Shown here piece after piece: positions 41,112-50,602 of a DNA stretch of 64,000 bases. Within the stretch, counting starts at the first letter, position 1; the number at the start of each line of letters is the position of its first letter. The stretch is from a virus (taxonomy: Duplodnaviria; Caudoviricetes). Made by a program: the position numbers and the translations under genes. The stretch lies in the IMG/VR virus record IMGVR_UViG_2872355237_000003; one strand, 5' to 3'. The notes below the pieces were generated by a model. The model had not been told where the DNA came from. It saw nothing but the letters and a program-made list of their open reading frames with translations, and searched no databases.

Positions 41112-41885
41112 ATGGCTAGAATGAATAAAACGGTATTGAATCATGTGAAGCAATTATTTCAAGAAGAATTTTATATTGAGCAAGATGGGGTCTTATATAA
41201 AAGGAGAATAAGTAAAATATTTAGAACAACTATAGAAGATAAAAAATATCAAATTGTGTCAAGAAAATTGATTCACTTTTTAAATAATAAGATTGATAGA
41301 AGTTTAATAAATTGGTCTGACGATATGATAGAAAATGTGATTGAAAAATTCAACAATAAATTTTTTATTGTGTACAATGATTCAATTTATGAGAAAATGA
41401 ACAGCCATCATCAACGAGGATATATAAATTTTTGGATTACAATCGATGGTGTAGAGTATAGAACTTTTGCACATAGGATAATATACTATTTACATTATAA
41501 TGTATGGGATGATAAGAAGGTTATTAATCATAAGGATGGTAAGAAATCAAACAATAACATAGATAATTTAGAATTAATCAGTCAATTTGATAATGTTTTA
41601 TACTCATTAAGAAATCACGAGATAATATTTTTACCTTGTTATATAGACCAACGAACTAAAGAAAAGTATAGATTAAGTGAAAAACAATGGGAAATTTTTA
41701 AAAAAGAAGCCTATGAAGGATATAGAACCCATATATTTAGAAAATACGACAAAGAGGATAATGAGTATAAAATTTGCAAAAAATTTAAATCACTAAATGA
41801 ATATATATCAAATACAAAAGAGCATATTACAAGAGGAAATCAAAAGGGGATATTAAATATGTGTGATGTACTCTATTATAAATGA
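41112..41885 (+). CDS. HNH endonuclease-domain protein
   Basis: AHRIIY...INHKDGKKSNNNIDNLE...DN; GGAGG RBS before ATG 41112. Confidence 0.85.
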   Translation: MARMNKTVLNHVKQLFQEEFYIEQDGVLYKRRISKIFRTTIEDKKYQIVSRKLIHFLNNKIDRSLINWSDDMIENVIEKFNNKFFIVYNDSIYEKMNSHHQRGYINFWITIDGVEYRTFAHRIIYYLHYNVWDDKKVINHKDGKKSNNNIDNLELISQFDNVLYSLRNHEIIFLPCYIDQRTKEKYRLSEKQWEIFKKEAYEGYRTHIFRKYDKEDNEYKICKKFKSLNEYISNTKEHITRGNQKGILNMCDVLYYK

Positions 41886-42118
41886 TAAGATTTAACTAGA
41901 ATGAAAATAAGGAAAGTATATCACTTGTAGCAATTTTATATTGGTAGAAGTAAGTTATGGAGTATAGTAAGGGAGCATGTGAGAAGTGTATATATATTGT
42001 CACAAATGTGGCTGTGGCAGATATAAAGAAGATGAATCGCAAGTTGATTAATACAAACAAATTAAATTATAACCAATAAGTTAAAAGGTTAGTTTTATAG
42101 AGATAGGGAGGAATAAAA

Positions 42119-42484
42119 ATGAAATTAAATATTACTATGAAGGATGGTTCAATTTTAAATGATGTTCGTGTTTTTTACATGCCAACATTAGAAGATTCTC
42201 TAATGACAACCAGAAAACAATTTACAACCGCCATGAAAAGCAATAAAACTATATTCTTTAGCGGAAAATATATACAAAGAGGGTTTATACCTAAACAGGT
42301 TAAATCTTATGAGTTTTTAGAACATGAAAAATCTATAGATGAATTAACTCCACTTGATGAAGAATCAGAAGATATAGCTGGTAATATTATTGATGGTATT
42401 TGTACAGCTCTAAATAGTGATATATTAAAAAGTTATGTAGACAAATTGCATGATATTGTTAATATAATTGATAAATATAGATAG
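42119..42484 (+). CDS. Hypothetical protein
   Basis: GGGAGG RBS, 121 aa. Confidence 0.7.
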   Translation: MKLNITMKDGSILNDVRVFYMPTLEDSLMTTRKQFTTAMKSNKTIFFSGKYIQRGFIPKQVKSYEFLEHEKSIDELTPLDEESEDIAGNIIDGICTALNSDILKSYVDKLHDIVNIIDKYR

Positions 42485-42501
42485 AGAGGGGTGATTAATA
42501 T

Positions 42502-42618
42502 ATGACTAACGAAGACAAGCTAATGGCACAAAATATTATTGAAACGTGCCCTTTTGAACATTTATCAGTGTATAGCAACTTCGTGTTATTATTAGAAGTA
42601 GAGTTAAATTTAAAATAG
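42502..42618 (+). CDS. 38-aa microprotein
   Basis: GAGGGG RBS; fills the gap between co-oriented genes. Confidence 0.45.
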   Translation: MTNEDKLMAQNIIETCPFEHLSVYSNFVLLLEVELNLK

Positions 42619-42631
42619 GGAGAGGATTTAT

Positions 42632-42925
42632 ATGAGTAAATTAGATGACAAAGAGAAACAGGAATGTGGACATGTAAAAGATATAATAGATTGTATACAA
42701 GAAAGAGTTAATACTATAGTTCATAAATGTTATTTTGATGATAATTGTTATCCTGTCTTTAAAGTATCAATATTATGGGAAAATAAAGAAAATCAGAAAA
42801 TAATTTTAAATTGTACCCATCTAGGTAGGACATTCTCAAGGATTTTGTTTCCGAATAATGAATGTTTTTGGGAATATGAAAACTTAGGAGATGTAATTGA
42901 AGATTTATACAATCAGACAATGTAG
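42632..42925 (+). CDS. Hypothetical protein
   Basis: GGAGAGG RBS, 97 aa. Confidence 0.7.
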   Translation: MSKLDDKEKQECGHVKDIIDCIQERVNTIVHKCYFDDNCYPVFKVSILWENKENQKIILNCTHLGRTFSRILFPNNECFWEYENLGDVIEDLYNQTM

Positions 42926-43187
42926 TTGATTGTAGTAGGGCGGGATAAATATAAAATCATTGATATACAAGGGTTTTAGAAGTGTAAAAACACGATAAAA
43001 CTCACATTTTATATATTTGTACTAATTAATTAAAAACATTAATAGGAACGATTGCGAACCAAAGATAATGATAGAAATACTTGTAATTATGTATATAAAA
43101 ATATACAAGCAAAGTACACTATAGATAAAGGAGAAAAAATAAAAACTTACTTAAAAATTACTAATTAAAAGTAAGTTCCTAATAAAT

Positions 43188-43925
43188 CTATTTATTTAAT
43201 GTTGACGTTTTGATGCTAATATATTTTAAACACCTATTTATATTATTTAACAAGTTATCAACCAAAATATAATACTGTTTATTCATATCAGAGGTTTTAG
43301 ATGGAACAACTTTGCTCGAATATAAAATAATCATAGAAATGACTGATACAACCAGTACAAGCCAATATTTAAAATTTATGGATTTAATCTCGCTTAAATT
43401 AGATAGATCAGCTTGAGATTTATATATTACATCTCCATCAAATTTACTAAGATTATCTTCTACATAATTACAAAAGTCATTTATTGAGCTTGGTAAAACG
43501 TTTTCAACGCATACAAATGTGTTTAGACTAGAAGGTACATCTATAGCAGATATTTTACTTGTTATATCATTCAATTGATTCATATAAGATTGTAGTGCCT
43601 GAGAATTTTTAATAGGTTTCGCTTGAAGTTCAAGTAGATTTTTATTACATATATTAATTTTGGATTGTAAATTAAATAATGGTCTATAAAATTTTAAATC
43701 AACTGATGATCTTATATTATTTTTTAAATTAAACCATTTATATGATAAATCTATATTGAATGTATTTTCTAATCTAGCAAAAGCATCAATGATACTAGAG
43801 TAAAGCCTAGATTGAAAATTAGACATTTTCATAAGATATATATTTGATTGTAATGGTGTTACTGAGTCATTTACATTATTAATGGGTTTATTTTTATGTT
43901 TTTTAATAGGATAAATAGCCTCCAT
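43188..43925 (-). CDS. Hypothetical membrane-anchored protein on the opposite strand
   Basis: AAGGGAG RBS, promoter-like TTGTAT...TACAAT, one TM helix near the C-terminus. Confidence 0.7.
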   Translation of the reverse strand: MEAIYPIKKHKNKPINNVNDSVTPLQSNIYLMKMSNFQSRLYSSIIDAFARLENTFNIDLSYKWFNLKNNIRSSVDLKFYRPLFNLQSKINICNKNLLELQAKPIKNSQALQSYMNQLNDITSKISAIDVPSSLNTFVCVENVLPSSINDFCNYVEDNLSKFDGDVIYKSQADLSNLSEIKSINFKYWLVLVVSVISMIILYSSKVVPSKTSDMNKQYYILVDNLLNNINRCLKYISIKTSTLNK

Positions 43926-44094
43926 GAAATCACTCCCTTCATTGATATTATTGTACTATAAATGAATAATATATACAATAAAATACAATAAAATTTACAA
44001 TTTAAGCCAATGCAAGATACGTTATAATTTTTAAAAGCTGATAAATGTAAAGTTAACAGTGTAAAAATAATTTATAAAAGAATGTAAAATATAT

Positions 44095-44145
44095 AAAAAT
44101 TAATTAAAATAAATAGTTGACATTTCAAAATTAACATGATAACAT
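44095..44145 (+). promoter_or_regulatory. SigA-type promoter with AATTAAAAT box
   Basis: Box 44102-44110, TTGACA (44117)-17 nt-TAACAT with TG extension. Confidence 0.65.
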
Positions 44146-44210
44146 ATAAACATACCAAAGATAACCAAGCAAACAAACGAAAGATATTAAGATGAGATTA
44201 AAATATAATA

Positions 44211-44399
44211 ATGAAGAAAGAAGGAAGGACTAGTATGTTAAATAGTCAAGTAATAAGAATATCAAATGGATTAGTAGCTTATAATCATTTTACCGACATC
44301 GGTCAAATGATAGGCTATATAAAGGACATTAGATATAATTGTCCAAAGGATACTTTAATAGTGATTAACGAAAATATTCATCAAATAGGATTTGTTTAA
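44211..44399 (+). CDS. Hypothetical protein (start probably 44235)
   Basis: GAAGGA RBS before the second ATG. Confidence 0.6.
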   Translation: MKKEGRTSMLNSQVIRISNGLVAYNHFTDIGQMIGYIKDIRYNCPKDTLIVINENIHQIGFV

Positions 44400-44449
44400 A
44401 ACAATAAAAAATAAATTAAAATATAAAAAAGAAGAAAGAAGGTGTTAAC

Positions 44450-44746
44450 ATACCATATGAAATAATTAATTACATATATGAAGCTACGAAAGATTGGCAA
44501 GAAACATTTTCAATAGTAAATGAATTTATAAATCACATAGAATGTTATCATGCAAGCGATTTAGTAAAGCAATTCAAAGAACAATTAGAAGTAATATCTC
44601 AACAAAATAATATATGTCCAAACTGTGGAGGAGATATAATAGTTAAAGAAGGTAAACAAAGTTATTTATCTGAAGCGTGGGGTAGGGATATATACGAAAG
44701 AGAATCAGTTAAGAAATGTAGTAATTGTGACTGGAAAGAAGACTAA
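44450..44746 (+). CDS. 98-aa zinc-ribbon protein with probable ATA start (not in ORF track)
   Basis: GAAGGTG RBS; IPYEIINYIYE...CPNCGG...CSNCDWKED*. Confidence 0.65.
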   Translation: MPYEIINYIYEATKDWQETFSIVNEFINHIECYHASDLVKQFKEQLEVISQQNNICPNCGGDIIVKEGKQSYLSEAWGRDIYERESVKKCSNCDWKED

Positions 44747-44789
44747 ATATAATCATAATAAATTAAAATACATATAAAGAGGTGGTTAT

Positions 44790-45533
44790 TTGCTAAAACA
44801 AAAGTTACACATAATTACCAACAGTACAAAAACTAAGTTCTTATTGTTATTTGCAACTATTGGCGTATGTGTTGTAACTTCTGTACTTAGCATTGGCGAA
44901 AACGTGAATGTTGATGCAGATGTTATAAATGTCAGTAATGATAAGGTAATTAATATAAAAATTAAAGAGATTCTAAATTCAAATAAAATAATAATCAATA
45001 ATGCCATGATTGAAAATGAAAATTATAAGATAGAACAATTCGATGACATGGTTAATAATGCTCACAAACAAATAGATAAATTGGCAACAGAAAGGCAACA
45101 AGATACTCAGAAACAGAAACAATTAGAATTACAGCATGAAAATAAACAAGGTCAAAGTCAAGCAAGATTAAGTAGAAGTAGTAACAATCCATACCAAGGA
45201 AGAAGTTTTAATATTACAGCTAGTCATTATTCAGGTAGAGAGGAGGAGAATGGCAAAGGAAGAGCTTATAGAAACGCATTAGGAAAAGCACTAACATATC
45301 AAACTATAGCAGTACCTAGAAATATACCATTAGGTAGTTTAATAAAGCTAATAGATAATGAGGGTAACACTTATATCAAAATAGCACTTGATTATGGTAG
45401 TACAAAACATATTAGGTGGATTGATAGTAATACTATGAAAATAGATGTATGTAAGCCTTATGCAAGTAGAAAAGAAATAGACAACCTAGGAATCAAACAT
45501 TATAGAGGGGAGATTGTTAGATGGGGATTTTAA
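44790..45533 (+). CDS. Membrane-anchored or secreted 3D-domain (lytic transglycosylase-like) protein
   Basis: N-terminal TM, coiled coil, TASHYS, IAVP..IPLGS, ALDYG, KIDV. Confidence 0.7.
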   Translation: MLKQKLHIITNSTKTKFLLLFATIGVCVVTSVLSIGENVNVDADVINVSNDKVINIKIKEILNSNKIIINNAMIENENYKIEQFDDMVNNAHKQIDKLATERQQDTQKQKQLELQHENKQGQSQARLSRSSNNPYQGRSFNITASHYSGREEENGKGRAYRNALGKALTYQTIAVPRNIPLGSLIKLIDNEGNTYIKIALDYGSTKHIRWIDSNTMKIDVCKPYASRKEIDNLGIKHYRGEIVRWGF

Positions 45534-45574
45534 ATAATATTAATATTATTAATTAATATAAAGGAGTTGATTGT

Positions 45575-45805
45575 TTGTTAGAAAATGTCAAGATTCAAGA
45601 TAGGGAAAAGTTAAAAATTCATCGTAAGAAATTAAAACAATTTCAAAAAGAAATGAGGTATGTAGATATGCAGAATATTGATGAATTACAAGAAGAATAT
45701 ATTAAATATATAACTGAACATAAACCTTATATGACATTAGAACAAATGGATACAGTAAGTGAAGTGTTTGAGTTTATAAGAAAAAAGCCTATACAAAGTA
45801 AATAG
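45575..45805 (+). CDS. Hypothetical protein
   Basis: AAGGAG RBS, TTG start. Confidence 0.65.
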   Translation: MLENVKIQDREKLKIHRKKLKQFQKEMRYVDMQNIDELQEEYIKYITEHKPYMTLEQMDTVSEVFEFIRKKPIQSK

Positions 45806-45863
45806 TATATAAAAATATTTAACATATAAATAAATTAAATTAATTATTGAAAGGTGGAATTAC

Positions 45864-46079
45864 ATGATTAAAGTAATAGGAAATGAAGGATGCACATCTT
45901 GTCAAATGGTGAAATATTTGTTAGATAAAAAGAATATTGAGTATACATATGTATCATTGAGCAGTTTAAATGAAGACGAAAGAGTATCTATTGTAAAACA
46001 AGCTCAACTAAATAATATGGTTGACTTACCATTTATATTCAAAAATGGTAAACAAGTTGAAAAATCAGAAATACTATAA
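45864..46079 (+). CDS. NrdH/glutaredoxin-like protein
   Basis: CTSC active site, LP.IFKNG. Confidence 0.85.
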   Translation: MIKVIGNEGCTSCQMVKYLLDKKNIEYTYVSLSSLNEDERVSIVKQAQLNNMVDLPFIFKNGKQVEKSEIL

Positions 46080-46091
46080 GGGCGTGATTGT

Positions 46092-46622
46092 ATGATTGAT
46101 GAAAATATATATGTAATTGTACAGAGTAGTATTAATGGTGATGGATTATATTATCCAGCTATATCAATTTATTTTAGTGGATGCGATAAACTTCATAAGT
46201 GTTTAAATTGTCATAATCCTGAAATGCAAAAACAACATTATGGGTTTAAAACAAATACTCAAGATTTAATAAAAGATATAGAACAAATAGTAACTTCATG
46301 GTTAAGAATGTATCCTACAATTGCAATATGTTATGTTGGGGGAGAATCTTTAGCCGAATGGAATAGAAATGCTACATTAAATATCTCAAAATATTTTAAA
46401 ACAAAATATGATATGAAAATTCAGAATATAGTTTACTCATGGAGATACTTAGAAGATTTACAAGTGGTAAAAAAATATATAAAATATATGGATTTAGGTG
46501 TATTAGGAGAATTTAGACAAGAATTATTTCAGGAAAATCATGTACCTGCATCATCAAATCAATATATATATGATTTTAAAAATAACAAAAAAATAAAAGA
46601 CATTATCAAGGAGGATAAATAA
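46092..46622 (+). CDS. nrdG: Anaerobic RNR activase (radical SAM)
   Basis: FSGC..HKCLNCHNP, GGE, SSNQ. Confidence 0.9.
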   Translation: MIDENIYVIVQSSINGDGLYYPAISIYFSGCDKLHKCLNCHNPEMQKQHYGFKTNTQDLIKDIEQIVTSWLRMYPTIAICYVGGESLAEWNRNATLNISKYFKTKYDMKIQNIVYSWRYLEDLQVVKKYIKYMDLGVLGEFRQELFQENHVPASSNQYIYDFKNNKKIKDIIKEDK

Positions 46623-46625
46623 TAT

Positions 46626-48575
46626 ATGAATATTGAAATTACATTAAATAAAGGATTTGAAACTAAATTAGAGGAATTAAGAGCAAAATACGGTGAAGAT
46701 ATGTTTGAAATAGAAGGATTAGGTAAGAAACAGCTTAATACAACATTATTCTTCGATAAATTTATGAATAGCAATAATGTGGCAAATGCTTCTATTGATG
46801 ATAATAGTAATGTATCAGATAAAAATATGACTATAATGCTTAGTGAAAGTAGAAAACCACTAAACAAATTGTTATCAAGAAATAAATTATACATAGAAAT
46901 GGAAGAGAAGTTTGGTAAAGAAATAGCAGATATGTGGCTAGAATTACAAATTAATGGTGCTTTATATGAACACGATGCGCATGATAGCTCTTTAAAGCCT
47001 TATTGCTATGCGTATTCTTTAAAACCTGTTGTAGATAGAGGATTATATTTCATTAAAGATATGAAAGCAAAACCTGCTGAACATTTAGATACATATGATA
47101 GTCATGTTTTAGAATTTGTAGCTTATGCTACTAATTTACAAAGCGGAGCAGTTGGAATACCTGATTATCTAATATATGCCTTCTATTTTTGGAAAAAAGA
47201 CATTGAAAATGGGGTTATTACAAAAGAACAAGCTAATAAATATAGAGAACAACATTGGCAAAAAATATTGTTTAGTTTAAACCAACCTTATTTAAAAGGT
47301 GGAGAACAGAGTGCTTATACTAATTTCAGTATATTAGATAAAGAACATATCTTAGGGTTCTTTGGTATGGAAAAATTCCCAGATAACACATTAATCATCG
47401 ATTATATAGATGAGATTATACAGTACCAAAAAGACTTTTTAGACTATGAGAAAAAATTAAGATATGAAAAATTCTTTACTTTTCCCGTGATATCAGCTTC
47501 TTTGTTATACAAAAATGAAAAGTATGTAGATGAGGATATGGCGAGATTCATTAATAAGCATAATATGACATGGCAAGATGTAAATATATATAATGCTTCA
47601 AGTGTAGACGCATTAGCGTCATGTTGTCGCTTAACTTCGTCAAGTAAGGACATCTCAGAAGGTAAAGAAGAAGTTACCGAATTAAATGGTCACTTTAATT
47701 CAATAGGAGGATCGTCTCTTTCAATAGGTAGTTGTAAGGTTAACACTATTAATATGGTAAGAATTGCATTGGAGTGCAATGGTGATTTTAATAAATTTAA
47801 AAGCATATTAAAACAAAGGGTGGATATTTCTCATAAATATTTAAAAGTACAAAGAGATGTAATAGTTAAAAATATTAAGAAGAATTTATTACCTCTATAC
47901 TCACATGGGTTAATGGATATGAACAATCAATTTTCTACTATTGGTATTAATGGTATGTTCGAGGCTATTAAAGTATTAGGAGGAATAAATATTACAGCTA
48001 CAGGAGTACATTATACAAACAATGGATTATCTATGGCAAAAGAAATACTAGAAACAATTGGAGAAATGAATAAGATAACAAGAAAAAAATATGGATACAA
48101 TGCGAACATAGAACAAATACCTGCTGAAAGTGCTAGTATTAAGCTTTGTAAAAAAGACAAGATATTATTTGGTGATAAGGTAAGTACATATATTTACGGT
48201 AATCAATGGGTACCATTAAATGTTCAGTCTGATATAACGGAAAGAGTTAAAGTTGCTTCCGTGTTGGATAAAGCTTGTGGTGGAGGAGTAATGCTACATA
48301 TTAATTTAGGAGAAAGGTTTAAAGATGAAGAACAAAGTTGGAGAATGATGAACTATTTAGCAAAACAAGGTGTTGTATATTTTAGCTTTATTATGAGGAT
48401 AAATGTTTGTAAAAATGACCATAGTTTCTATGGTGACATATGTCCTATAGACCATGAGCCAGTATCAGATTCATATATAAAAATAGTAGGCTATTTAATG
48501 AAACAAAGTTCTTATAAGTCAGAGAGAGCAAGGGAGATGGACGAAAGAAAATTTTATAATAATTATAATATATAA
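46626..48575 (+). CDS. nrdD: Class III anaerobic ribonucleotide reductase (no ATP cone)
   Basis: PYC, QSGA, FTFP, SCCRL, EQIPAES, GG..LHIN, IVGY glycyl-radical motif. Confidence 0.93.
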   Translation: MNIEITLNKGFETKLEELRAKYGEDMFEIEGLGKKQLNTTLFFDKFMNSNNVANASIDDNSNVSDKNMTIMLSESRKPLNKLLSRNKLYIEMEEKFGKEIADMWLELQINGALYEHDAHDSSLKPYCYAYSLKPVVDRGLYFIKDMKAKPAEHLDTYDSHVLEFVAYATNLQSGAVGIPDYLIYAFYFWKKDIENGVITKEQANKYREQHWQKILFSLNQPYLKGGEQSAYTNFSILDKEHILGFFGMEKFPDNTLIIDYIDEIIQYQKDFLDYEKKLRYEKFFTFPVISASLLYKNEKYVDEDMARFINKHNMTWQDVNIYNASSVDALASCCRLTSSSKDISEGKEEVTELNGHFNSIGGSSLSIGSCKVNTINMVRIALECNGDFNKFKSILKQRVDISHKYLKVQRDVIVKNIKKNLLPLYSHGLMDMNNQFSTIGINGMFEAIKVLGGINITATGVHYTNNGLSMAKEILETIGEMNKITRKKYGYNANIEQIPAESASIKLCKKDKILFGDKVSTYIYGNQWVPLNVQSDITERVKVASVLDKACGGGVMLHINLGERFKDEEQSWRMMNYLAKQGVVYFSFIMRINVCKNDHSFYGDICPIDHEPVSDSYIKIVGYLMKQSSYKSERAREMDERKFYNNYNI

Positions 48576-48643
48576 AATTAAATTAAAAAATAATAGTTGA
48601 ATCGTGTAAAATTGTGATTGTACTATTGAAAGGAGGGATATAT

Positions 48644-48835
48644 ATGATAAAAATTATAGAAAATGAAGATAAAATCATCGTTAAAAAAATTAGAGAAGGA
48701 TTAAAAAGAACAGGTGGTTATTGTCCATGTTCGTTAATACAAAATGAAGATACTAAATGTATGTGTAAAGAATTTAGAGATCAGCCTAATGAAGGATTCT
48801 GTCACTGTAAGTTATATAAAAAAGTTTCAATCTAA
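48644..48835 (+). CDS. Ferredoxin-thioredoxin reductase catalytic-domain-like protein
   Basis: GYCPC...CMC...CHCKLY. Confidence 0.8.
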   Translation: MIKIIENEDKIIVKKIREGLKRTGGYCPCSLIQNEDTKCMCKEFRDQPNEGFCHCKLYKKVSI

Positions 48836-48907
48836 AATACTTTATAGTATATTATTATTCTAAACAAAGTATTAAAATATATAAATTTGAAAGGTAGGAA
48901 TAAGATT

Positions 48908-49375
48908 ATGGAAAAGAAAATTAGAGGATTTGAAGTTGTTAGAGAAGATATGAGAAAGAATAAAAATGTAGAAATTAAGTTACCACAAAGAGGATCAAAA
49001 ATATCAGCAGGCTATGATTTTAGTACACCAATAGAAGTTACAATACAACCTAATGAATCTAATTTAATATGGACAGACGTTAAGGCTTATATGCAAGAAG
49101 GGGAAGTTTTAATAATAGATGTAAGAAGTTCTATAGGAGTTAAAAAAGGATTAATGTTAAGCAATACAATTGGCGTGATAGATGCCGACTACTACCAAAA
49201 CAAGGATAATGACGGCAATATAGGTATATCATTAAGGAATATATCAGACAAGCCTGTAACATTAGAAGCAGGAGAAAGAATAGCTCAAGGAATATTTATA
49301 CCATTCTTAGTAGCTGATAATGGGAATACAGATAAAATAAGAGAAGGTGGAATTGGTTCTACAGGAACTAAATAA
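48908..49375 (+). CDS. dut: Trimeric dUTPase
   Basis: SAGYDF, RSS, GVIDADY, ERIAQ, REGGIGSTG. Confidence 0.96.
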   Translation: MEKKIRGFEVVREDMRKNKNVEIKLPQRGSKISAGYDFSTPIEVTIQPNESNLIWTDVKAYMQEGEVLIIDVRSSIGVKKGLMLSNTIGVIDADYYQNKDNDGNIGISLRNISDKPVTLEAGERIAQGIFIPFLVADNGNTDKIREGGIGSTGTK

Positions 49376-49402
49376 TAAAAAATAGGGGGATATAATAAAA
49401 TT

Positions 49403-49582
49403 ATGACTAATACAAATATGCAATTACCAGTCGATATGACTACTGAAGAATATGAAATATTAATGGAGGTTTGCAAGGATATTCCTTGTAAATCTTCTAA
49501 AGACAAAGAAAGTAAAAAGATTGTACATAACAAAATTAATCAGGTGTATAGAGATAGCGTAATAAATAAATATTGGGATTAA
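49403..49582 (+). CDS. 59-aa hypothetical protein (not in ORF track)
   Basis: AGGGGG RBS; MTNTNMQLPVDMTTEEYE. Confidence 0.55.
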   Translation: MTNTNMQLPVDMTTEEYEILMEVCKDIPCKSSKDKESKKIVHNKINQVYRDSVINKYWD

Positions 49583-49688
49583 ATAAAATTAAATTAAAAT
49601 ATACATATATAAGTAAATAAAATTCAGATTTTATTAACAAATAGAATAAAACACAAATTAAAAATAAAAAAAGAAAGGAATGATTAAG

Positions 49689-50498
49689 ATGTCAAAAATT
49701 AAAAACGACAAATATTATACATCACCAAAATTAGCACAATACATAGTTAATAAAACAAAAGAGGTAATAGGAAAAGAGAATATTACTGAATATTTAGAAC
49801 CAAGTGCAGGAGCAGGAGCATTCTTAGATTATTTAGATAAGCCGTATTTAGCATATGATATTGAACCTGAAGATAAATTAAATAGAATTAAAAAGCAAGA
49901 TTATTTAGCTGTAGATTTAGAATATAAAAAAGGTAGATGCATTATGGGTAATCCTCCCTTTGGGACAAGAGGCTCTTTAGCAGTAAAATTTTTTAAAAAA
50001 GCAATTCATTTGTGTGATTATATAGCATTCATATTGCCTATTAGTCAACGTGACAACACGCAAAAAATGTATGAATTTGATTTAATATATAGCCAAGATT
50101 TAGGAATCAAGGAATATAGTGGAATAAATAAACATTGTTGTTTTAATATTTATAAAAGACCACAAGAGGGGTTACATAAATCACCACCGAAATATGATGA
50201 TTTAAAAGATATTAAAGTTGTTGAGGTTAGGCGTGGAAGTACAGACATACCACCTAAAGAGTATGATTTTGGTATGTGCACATGGGGTAATGGCAGTTGT
50301 GGTAAGCAAATAAAATTTCAAGGTCAGTATGCACAAGAACATTACATAATAGTTAAAAATAAGCGATTCAAAGAACAAGTCATAAAATTATGTAATGAAA
50401 CAGATTGGAAAAATTTATACCCATCTATATCTTCTGCCAAACTTCAAACATGGCAAATATATAAATACATAAAAGATCAAATACCAAAAATTAATTAA
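49689..50498 (+). CDS. Gamma-class N6-adenine DNA methyltransferase
   Basis: DKYYT, LEPSAGAG, YDIEP, GNPPFG, AFILP. Confidence 0.9.
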   Translation: MSKIKNDKYYTSPKLAQYIVNKTKEVIGKENITEYLEPSAGAGAFLDYLDKPYLAYDIEPEDKLNRIKKQDYLAVDLEYKKGRCIMGNPPFGTRGSLAVKFFKKAIHLCDYIAFILPISQRDNTQKMYEFDLIYSQDLGIKEYSGINKHCCFNIYKRPQEGLHKSPPKYDDLKDIKVVEVRRGSTDIPPKEYDFGMCTWGNGSCGKQIKFQGQYAQEHYIIVKNKRFKEQVIKLCNETDWKNLYPSISSAKLQTWQIYKYIKDQIPKIN

Positions 50499-50602
50499 AA
50501 TAAATACATAAGGAAGGTTTATAAAAAATAGATATAGTTGTATGATAATTAGTTGTAATTGTGTATAATAAAACCAAAGAACACATTAGGAGAGATTGTC
50601 AT

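Noticed and set aside
26781..42976. AACCCTTA-TAT-TAAGGGTT (26781) and a similar imperfect palindrome near 42953 as a third site family
   Set aside because: Only two divergent instances, and the first is adequately explained as a terminator hairpin.
35209..48575. Inteins or introns in dnaE or nrdD
   Set aside because: Both frames are continuous and of normal length, with no intein boundary motifs seen.
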